Positions 26,560 through 32,000 of a stretch of 32,000 nt of DNA are shown here, piece by piece. The DNA is from Cereibacter sphaeroides 2.4.1 (GTDB taxonomy: Bacteria > Pseudomonadota > Alphaproteobacteria > Rhodobacterales > Rhodobacteraceae), in NCBI RefSeq assembly GCF_000012905.2, contig NC_007494.2:510001-542000 (forward strand), given 5' to 3'. The notes under the pieces were generated by a model, which was not told the origin of the DNA, ran no database searches, and saw nothing but the letters and a program-made list of their open reading frames with translations. Position 1 is the first letter of the stretch. The number at the start of each line of letters is the position of its first letter. Both the position numbers and the translations under genes were made by a program.

Positions 26560-27582
26560 ATGCGGATCGACAATGCCACCCCCTGGCCCGCGACCTTCAC
26601 CATGGCCTTCGACGCGGCCGGGCACGAGCAGGTGGTGCTGGTCACGAAGGCGAGCTTCGCCCTGCCCCGGGGCACCGGTCCCTGCCAGCCGACCGAGCCG
26701 CTGCCGCTGATCGAGAGCGACCTGTTCGGGGCCGATCCCGCGGCCGATGCGCCGGTGCAGGAATATGACTTCGCCCCGCACAAGCCCTTCTGCGACGTGC
26801 TCCTCCATGGCCGCGCCCACGCGCCCGAGGGCCGGCCCGTCACCGAACTGCCGGTGGGTCTGCGGCTCGGGGGCTGGTCCAAGCGGCTCACGGTCCGCGG
26901 CGCCCGCATCTGGTTGAGGGCCGCGGCGGGCTGGCGGGTCTCCGACCCACGACCCTTCACGAGCCAGCCCATCGGCTATGACCATGCCTACGGCGGCACC
27001 GACCCCGATCCGGGGGGCGGCGGCCGCGCGGCCGTCTTCGAGGAGAACCCCGCGGGCCTCGGCTTCTACCCGCTCCGGCCGGACAGGGAGAGTGCGCCCC
27101 TGCCCCATACGGCCGAAGCCGGCGCGGATGCGACCGATCCCCGCGGCGGGCTCCGACCGATGGCCCTCGGGCCGGTCGGGCGCACTTGGCTGCCCCGCAG
27201 GCGGCACGCGGGCACCTACGACGCCGCCTATTTCGAGAGCCGGACGCCCTTCCTGCCGCTCGATTTCGACCCCCGCTATTTTCAGGCCGCCGCCGAGGAT
27301 CAGCAGATCCCTTATCCCAAGGGCGGAGAGCCCGTCGAGCTCGTGAACCTCTCGCCGCGGGGCCGCATCGCCACCTGGCTGCCGCGCCTGCAGATCCTCG
27401 CCACCTTCGAGCGGCGCTCCGGCCGGCTGACCCAGCGGATCGCCAATCTCGACACGGTGCTGTTCCTGCCGGAGGAGGAGGTGGTCACCCTGACCTTCCG
27501 CACGAGGATCACGGCCGAGCGCGACATCTTCGAATTCGCGCGGGTTCTCGTCTCGGCCCGGCAGGAGGCGACCGATGGCTGA
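26560..27582 (+). CDS. DUF2169-family T6SS adaptor/chaperone
   Basis: ATG 26560 lies 1 nt after the preceding stop, with GGGAGGGG upstream. 340 aa. Family hallmarks are present: VVLVTKASFAL, DFAPHKPFCDVLLHGRAHAP, LTVRGARIW, YDHAYGG, ENPAGLGF, GPVGRTWLPRRRHAGTYD, FLPLDFDPRYFQAA and NLDTVLFLPEE. Confidence 0.85.
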   Translation: MRIDNATPWPATFTMAFDAAGHEQVVLVTKASFALPRGTGPCQPTEPLPLIESDLFGADPAADAPVQEYDFAPHKPFCDVLLHGRAHAPEGRPVTELPVGLRLGGWSKRLTVRGARIWLRAAAGWRVSDPRPFTSQPIGYDHAYGGTDPDPGGGGRAAVFEENPAGLGFYPLRPDRESAPLPHTAEAGADATDPRGGLRPMALGPVGRTWLPRRRHAGTYDAAYFESRTPFLPLDFDPRYFQAAAEDQQIPYPKGGEPVELVNLSPRGRIATWLPRLQILATFERRSGRLTQRIANLDTVLFLPEEEVVTLTFRTRITAERDIFEFARVLVSARQEATDG

Positions 27583-28666
27583 GCTGCGGGGCCTCGCCCC
27601 CGGCCTGTCGGTGGTGGGCTACGGCATGTGGACGGCGCTCGGGCCGGACGGCCCCACGACGGTCGCGGGCCTCGACGCCCGGCTGATCGTCTCGCAGTCG
27701 GGCGACCTGCGCGAGCCCCTGACCGGCGCGGCCCTCCCCTGCTTCCGGCTCGCGGCCCAGCATTGGTGGGCGGGGCCGAGCTTCCTGTCCGAGATGCTTC
27801 TGCCCGTCCTCGGGGAATGCGCCGAGCAGCTGGCCGCACTGCCCGCGCCGCTCCGGCGACCGGCCTCGGAGGTGCCGGTGCTGATCGCCGTGGCCCCGTG
27901 CGGGCGTCCCGCACGCCCGGACGATCTCGAGGCGCGGCTGCTGGCGGAGCTCGAGGCCCGGCTGGGGCCGCTGCCCGAAGGCAGCGCGGTCGTGGGCGCC
28001 GGACGGGTGGGTCTGCCGCATCTGATCGCGCGGGCCGCCCGACAGGCGGGCCGTCACCCGGTGCAGATCCTGATCGGGGTCGAGAGCTTCCTTCTGCAGG
28101 AGATCGTCGATCACTATGCCGACCGTCACCGGCTTTTGTCCGAGGAGAACAGCTCGGGCTTCGTGCCGGGCGAGGCCGCGGCCGCGCTGATCGTGGCGCC
28201 CCGGGGCATGGCGCCCGGTCTGGCGCTGAAGGGCCTCGGCGCGGGCCGCGAGCCTTCGGGTGCAGGCGGCAGCCGCGATGCGCCGGTGACGGGCGAGGGC
28301 CTCACCGATGCGATCCGCGCGGCGCTGGCGGCGGCCGAGATCCCGCTCTTCGACATTCCGATCTTTCTCGGCGACCTGAACGGCGAGCATTTCAAGTTCA
28401 AGGAGGCGATGATCGCCACGATGCGCCTCGACCGTCTGCCGCCCGAGAATGTCTCCCGGCGGCCGCGGGGTCATCCGGAACATTGGAACGCGATCGAGGG
28501 GCTGGGAGAGATCGGCGCGGCGCTGATGCCCGCGCAGCTCGGCTGGGCCTTCGAGGCGTCGCGGAGCGGCCGGCTGCCGCAGGGCCGGGCGCTGGCCTTC
28601 GCCGGCGAGGACGATGGCGCACGGGTGGCGATCGTCGCCGCTGCGGCAGGAGGACCTGTCCGGTGA
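27575..28666 (+). CDS. Thiolase-fold / beta-ketoacyl-synthase-like protein, apparently non-catalytic
   Basis: ATG 27575 overlaps the DUF2169 stop by 8 nt, with AGGAGG 5 nt upstream. 363 aa. KS-like blocks are present (SSGFVPGEAAAALIV resembles RDGFVLGEGAG; GLGEIGAAL resembles TGHLLGAAG). However, the positions aligning to the Cys-His-His triad read A/G, D and E by eye. Confidence 0.75.
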   Translation: MAELRGLAPGLSVVGYGMWTALGPDGPTTVAGLDARLIVSQSGDLREPLTGAALPCFRLAAQHWWAGPSFLSEMLLPVLGECAEQLAALPAPLRRPASEVPVLIAVAPCGRPARPDDLEARLLAELEARLGPLPEGSAVVGAGRVGLPHLIARAARQAGRHPVQILIGVESFLLQEIVDHYADRHRLLSEENSSGFVPGEAAAALIVAPRGMAPGLALKGLGAGREPSGAGGSRDAPVTGEGLTDAIRAALAAAEIPLFDIPIFLGDLNGEHFKFKEAMIATMRLDRLPPENVSRRPRGHPEHWNAIEGLGEIGAALMPAQLGWAFEASRSGRLPQGRALAFAGEDDGARVAIVAAAAGGPVR

Positions 28667-29664
28667 CCGATGTCTATGCCAACGGCCGCGAAGTCTCGGG
28701 CAAGGCCACGCCCAACAAGACGATCAGCGCGCTGCCCGATGTCTGCCTCTCGCCGCCCCCGCCGCCCGCGGGGCCGGTGCCGATCCCCTATCCGAACTTC
28801 GGCACCGCCTCGGACACGTCGGACGGCTGCACCAGCGTCTTTGTGAAGGGCAAGGAAGCGGGCAAGAAGAACGCCTCAAAATATTCTTCGATCAAGGGCG
28901 ACGAGCCCGCCACCCGCAGCTTCGGCGGCAGCGTCGTTTCGCACACGATCACCGGCACGCTGAAATTCGCGGCCTATTCCTTCGACGTGCTGTTCGAGGG
29001 CGAAGGCGCCGAACGGTTCATGGACCTCACCACGACGAACCATATGAACCCGGGCGGCGGCGCCAGCACCAGCGTGGCGCGTCCGCGTCCGCCCAAGCCG
29101 CCGAGCGAGGCCGAATGCAAGCAGATGCGCGCCGACCTTGCCAAGGAACGCGAGACGCTGTCGGGGGCCACGGCCGACAAGCGGGCGACGAAGGGCACCA
29201 TCGCCATCGCCAAACCCTCGAACGGCGGCCGGCAGTTCTCGGCGAGCGGCCAGCTCATGCGCGACAAGCTGTCGGGCAATCCGAACGGCTACATCGATCC
29301 CAAGCCCGCCCGCCATGTCGATGGCAAGGGCCGCCCCTCGAAGGTCTGCGGCGGGCGCAAGCATCACCATCCGAGCGGCGGCAGCGCCAAGCATTGCGAG
29401 GCGCAGTCGGTCGACACGATGAGTTGGGAACCCGGCCCCTCCAAGATCACCTTCGCCATCGACTATCCGGCCATCACCTTCAAGAAGGACAAGCTGGGCC
29501 GCACCCGCAAGATCGTGGATCAGAAGGCCAGGGATCGCCCCTGCCAGAGCTGCCGCCGTCTGCTGAAGAAGGCCTGCGAATGCGGCGTGAAGATCTTCCT
29601 GTGCATGGATGACGGGCCGGTAGACTGGTGCAAGGAACAGGGCTTCGGAAAGGGCGGCGGATGA
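28663..29664 (+). CDS. T6SS effector: N-terminal DUF4150 (PAAR-like) domain plus a C-terminal toxin domain with a deaminase-like HxE...PCxxC signature
   Basis: GTG 28663 overlaps the preceding stop (GTGA), with AGGAGG 9 nt upstream. 333 aa. DUF4150 hallmarks lie in residues 1-128: VYANGREVSGK, ALPDVCLSPPPPPAGPVPIPYPNF, VFVKGKEAG, IKGDEPAT, YSFDVLFEGEGAERFMDLTTTNHMN. After a Pro-rich linker comes a basic C-terminal domain of about 185 aa containing H244-C-E246 (29392-29400) and P293-C-Q-S-C297 (29539-29553). Confidence 0.8.
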   Translation: MTDVYANGREVSGKATPNKTISALPDVCLSPPPPPAGPVPIPYPNFGTASDTSDGCTSVFVKGKEAGKKNASKYSSIKGDEPATRSFGGSVVSHTITGTLKFAAYSFDVLFEGEGAERFMDLTTTNHMNPGGGASTSVARPRPPKPPSEAECKQMRADLAKERETLSGATADKRATKGTIAIAKPSNGGRQFSASGQLMRDKLSGNPNGYIDPKPARHVDGKGRPSKVCGGRKHHHPSGGSAKHCEAQSVDTMSWEPGPSKITFAIDYPAITFKKDKLGRTRKIVDQKARDRPCQSCRRLLKKACECGVKIFLCMDDGPVDWCKEQGFGKGGG

Positions 29665-30440
29665 GACCAGCGGAAGAAATCGCGCGGATGCTGCCGATCC
29701 CGGCGGACCTCGGCCGGGGCGCCTTCACCGGCAAGTGGCGCAGCGCCTCGGCGCATATCAGCCCCGAGCGGATGACGCCGCTGAAGGAGGCGCTACTCTT
29801 CAAGACCAACGCCGCTCTCTATTCCCTCGTCTCGGCCGCGATGGTCTGGCAGGCCGAACGGCTCCGCGAGCAGACGGACGTCTCGCCGCTCCTCGACATG
29901 GCCGAGGCCCTCTATGCCTGGCAGCAGGACTGGCACTGGTTCGGCCGGACGCCCGCAATCGCCGACATCGACACGATCGACGAGGCGCCGAGGCCGCAGG
30001 GCAGCGTCCTGATGATGCTCGACCTGATCCATCAGGACCACATCTACACCTCCGGGCACTGGCCCTCCGAACCGATCTTCTCGGTCACGGCGGACATGCT
30101 GGTGCTGACGCGGTTCAACCTGCCTGCGGACGCGGTTCCTGCCTTCGATGCCTGGGTCGAGGCCGTGATCGCGCGGATGGATCTTGTCGCGGAATTTCCC
30201 GAGCATGGCGAGACGCCCGAGCTCGAGGTGGGCGACACGCCCGAGCGGCGCGCCTGGGCGGCGAAAGTGATGGGCCGGCCGCTGCCGCCGTCGGTCCTCG
30301 ACCTCTCGCGCGATCCGGACCCGTCCCGCTGGCCCGAAGAGTGGCGCGACCTGCTGGCCCGGCTCGACTGGAACCGCAACCCCTTCCTCCGCCACCCCCC
30401 CGGCACGCTACGCCCGCGGCAGGACGGCGAGGTGCCATGA
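29661..30440 (+). CDS. Candidate immunity protein 1 (no family recognised)
   Basis: ATG 29661 overlaps the toxin stop (ATGA), giving MRPAEEIARML..., 259 aa. It is acidic and Trp-rich, sits immediately downstream of the toxin, and shares a collinear motif block with the next ORF. Confidence 0.6.
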   Translation: MRPAEEIARMLPIPADLGRGAFTGKWRSASAHISPERMTPLKEALLFKTNAALYSLVSAAMVWQAERLREQTDVSPLLDMAEALYAWQQDWHWFGRTPAIADIDTIDEAPRPQGSVLMMLDLIHQDHIYTSGHWPSEPIFSVTADMLVLTRFNLPADAVPAFDAWVEAVIARMDLVAEFPEHGETPELEVGDTPERRAWAAKVMGRPLPPSVLDLSRDPDPSRWPEEWRDLLARLDWNRNPFLRHPPGTLRPRQDGEVP

Positions 30441-30462
30441 GCAGAAGGCAGGAGCGGGTCTC

Positions 30463-31149
30463 GTGAGCGCCGTCTACGACCATGTCCGCAGCCGGACAGC
30501 CGACGAAGACTCGCGCGATCTGTCCTTCGCCTGGGACCAGTGGCGTTACACCGACTACTTCCTTTTCGAGGAGGATACCTCGGCCGCCCCCTTCGAGAAC
30601 CTCTCCGATCTGGCCTGCCGTGGCCTCGTCATCGCCGTGGCCGAGGCCATCACCGCACGGTTCCATGCGCACCGCGGCACGGAGGAGGCGCGGTCCTATC
30701 TCGATGCCGCCTGGGCCACGATGCTGCGCGAGGGCGCCTGCGACTACGCCCTCCTGCCCGCCGAGGACTGGCCGGGGCCGGTGCGTGGCGCCCTCCGGGC
30801 CGCCATGCTCGTCGTCAACGACACGCTCCACGAGGCGCGCGACGATGGCGACTTCCCCGCCCGCTGCGTCTGGATCCTGCAGCTCGCGCGCCACGTCCTG
30901 CCGCCGCGCCTTCGACCCGAGTTCGAAGCCTGGGTCGCCGTCGCCACCTCGCGCCTCGCGCGCCACTGGCCGGTGCCCGAGCACCGGAGCGGCCTCTTCG
31001 CCGAGAGCTTCGACCGCGGCCCGCCGGTCGGGCCCTGCACCTTCCTGCCGCGCGATCCCGGCACCCCCGAGAGCGCCGCGGCCTGCCTCGCCCGCCATCT
31101 CGCGACCCTCGCCGGCAACCCCTGGCTCTTGCCCCCCGATACCGCCTAG
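30463..31149 (+). CDS. Candidate immunity protein 2 (paralogue of the preceding ORF)
   Basis: GTG 30463 with AGGAG 9 nt upstream. 228 aa. It shares PxF[DE]AWV...R[ML]......PEH with immunity candidate 1 (PEFEAWVAVATSRLARHWPVPEH against PAFDAWVEAVIARMDLVAEFPEH). The spacing back to an upstream P.G anchor is nearly equal (69 against 71 residues). Confidence 0.6.
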   Translation: MSAVYDHVRSRTADEDSRDLSFAWDQWRYTDYFLFEEDTSAAPFENLSDLACRGLVIAVAEAITARFHAHRGTEEARSYLDAAWATMLREGACDYALLPAEDWPGPVRGALRAAMLVVNDTLHEARDDGDFPARCVWILQLARHVLPPRLRPEFEAWVAVATSRLARHWPVPEHRSGLFAESFDRGPPVGPCTFLPRDPGTPESAAACLARHLATLAGNPWLLPPDTA

Positions 31150-31544
31150 TTCAGTTGCACGCTCGCCCCCTGGAGCCTGTTCGCACCGCTGGCCCGACTC
31201 AGGATCTCGGTGCCGCGGATCGTGACCCGCCCGTCCGGCGCCAGCGTGATCGAGGCGCGCCCGCAGCGCAGCACCACCTCGCGCCGCCCCTCCAGAACGA
31301 GGCGCGTTCCGTCGAGTTCGGCCTCCGGCACCGCCCGGCGGATCAGGCCCAGCACCACCGGAGAGGCTCCGACCTCGGCCACCACCGCCTCCGCTCCCAT
31401 ATCGGCGGCGGAGACCGCCACGACGGTTTCGGCCAGCGCTTCCGCCCCGCCGATCTCCACCCGCAGGAGCCCGCAGGGATCGATCCCGAGGATCCGGCCC
31501 CGCAGCAGGCGCGAGCCCGCCGCGGCAAAGCCACCGTCATGCAT
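31146..31544 (-). CDS. Small gp5/VgrG-like protein (OB-fold-like N-terminus plus short beta-helix-like C-terminus; DUF6484-like by recollection)
   Basis: ATG at 31542-31544 with GGAGG 6 nt upstream. 132 aa. The start overlaps the clpV stop by 8 nt (ATGCATGA). The C-terminal sequence EVVLRCGRASITLAPDGRVTIRGTEILSRASGANRLQGASVQLN resembles VgrG/gp5 beta-helix repeats. Confidence 0.65.
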   Translation of the reverse strand: MHDGGFAAAGSRLLRGRILGIDPCGLLRVEIGGAEALAETVVAVSAADMGAEAVVAEVGASPVVLGLIRRAVPEAELDGTRLVLEGRREVVLRCGRASITLAPDGRVTIRGTEILSRASGANRLQGASVQLN

Positions 31545-32000
31545 GATCCGCCTCCGTCTCGAACGCATAGGAAAAGCCTGCGGGGCCGCCGGTGAGGGTC
31601 ACCCGGCTGAAGGCCGCCCCCGCGAGCTGGCGCTCGAGAAGCTTGCGGCTCAGCTCCGGCAGCAGGGTGCCGCTCAGGATCGCGTCGATCATCCGCCCCC
31701 CCGACTCGACCTCGGTGCAGCGGGCGCGGATCGTCTCGAGCACGCCCTCGCCCAGAACCAGCTCGGCGCCGTGCCCCGCCTTCAGCCGCCGGGCAATGGC
31801 CTCGAGCTTCTGCCCCGCGATGGCCGCGATCATCCGGTCCGAGAGCGGCAGGAACGGCAGCACGATCATCCGCCCCAGCAGCGCGGCCGGAAAGACCTGC
31901 AGAAGCGGCGCGCGGAGCGTGGCCGAGACCCGGGCCAGATCCTGCCCCGCCGCCTCCACGATCTCGTCGGTGCCGACGTTCGAGGTCAGCAGGATCACCG
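31537..32000 (-). CDS. tssH: ClpV/TssH-type AAA+ ATPase, C-terminal part (5' end beyond the window)
   Basis: The frame is open to the window edge. The sequence ILLTSNVG...LLQVFPAALLGRM.VLPF.PL... matches the D2-small domain of Clp/Hsp100 ATPases. The assignment to ClpV rather than ClpB rests on the T6SS context. Confidence 0.75.
   Translation of the reverse strand, partial: VILLTSNVGTDEIVEAAGQDLARVSATLRAPLLQVFPAALLGRMIVLPFLPLSDRMIAAIAGQKLEAIARRLKAGHGAELVLGEGVLETIRARCTEVESGGRMIDAILSGTLLPELSRKLLERQLAGAAFSRVTLTGGPAGFSYAFETEADHA

Noticed and set aside
24704-27914. Large alternative-frame ORFs over the HEAT and DUF2169 genes: 24704-26710(+) 668 aa, 25149-26972(-) 607 aa, 26200-27207(-), 27312-27914(-).
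   Set aside because: They have extreme Arg/Pro/Gly/Ala composition without repeats or motifs. The chosen frames show HEAT-like repeats and DUF2169 hallmarks, and they are linked by start/stop coupling.
27628-28662. The N-terminal 345 residues of the 678-aa track ORF (27628-29664), which would make the PAAR-like effector twice as long.
   Set aside because: That part is Arg/Gly/Pro junk read out of frame through the thiolase-like gene. DUF4150 hallmarks begin exactly at GTG 28663, which has an AGGAGG SD and a GTGA overlap with the preceding stop. The nearby ATG at 28670 is in a different frame.
29341-29400. Reading the toxin C-terminal domain as an HNH/EndoVII-fold nuclease of the GHH type (as in P. 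aeruginosa Tse7), because of the synteny and the KHHH...H cluster.
   Set aside because: This is less favoured but not excluded. I see no [ST]GHH motif or the usual Asn/His spacing. The HxE plus PCxxC pair and the alternating helix/strand order fit a deaminase fold better. A profile or structure search is needed to decide.

Overview
This is gene-dense, high-GC DNA with an alphaproteobacterial (Rhodobacterales-like) look. GC is roughly 65-70% by eye, and single lines I hand-counted range from 58% to 87%. I found no rRNA, tRNA, CRISPR array, transposase or integrase. The window splits into three blocks.

(i) 1-3.3 kb, plus strand: the 3' end of an aspartate aminotransferase, an SDR, an RraA-like protein and a GhrA-like 2-hydroxyacid dehydrogenase.

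(ii) 3.5-24.9 kb: a catabolic island for N-heterocycles, amides and D-amino acids.
- An 11-gene minus-strand operon: TRAP dctPQM-type transporter, pxpB, pxpC, GntR, 2-hydroxyacid DH, M20 amidohydrolase, GntR, creatinase-like M24 protein, acetamidase/formamidase. Several junctions are 4-nt overlaps.
- A divergent plus-strand unit: pxpA, class IV (D-amino-acid) aminotransferase, DapA-family lyase.
- A 9-gene plus-strand hydantoin-utilisation operon: polar amino-acid ABC transporter, D-carbamoylase, D-hydantoinase, hydantoin racemase, an embedded LysR regulator and a flavin reductase.

(iii) 25.2-32.0 kb: a type VI secretion (T6SS) effector module.
- Six tightly coupled plus-strand genes: HEAT/TIGR02270-like protein, DUF2169 adaptor, a thiolase-fold protein that seems to lack the Cys-His-His triad, a DUF4150 (PAAR-like) effector, and two mutually similar candidate immunity proteins.
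- This module converges, with a 4-nt CTAG overlap, on a small gp5/VgrG-like protein and the 3' end of clpV/tssH.
- The effector's C-terminal domain carries an HxE...PCxxC signature and a secondary-structure order consistent with a deaminase-fold toxin. The effector gene is also visibly lower in GC than its neighbours.

The effector module is the most interesting part of the window. All functional calls come from reading the translated ORFs by eye; no searches were run.
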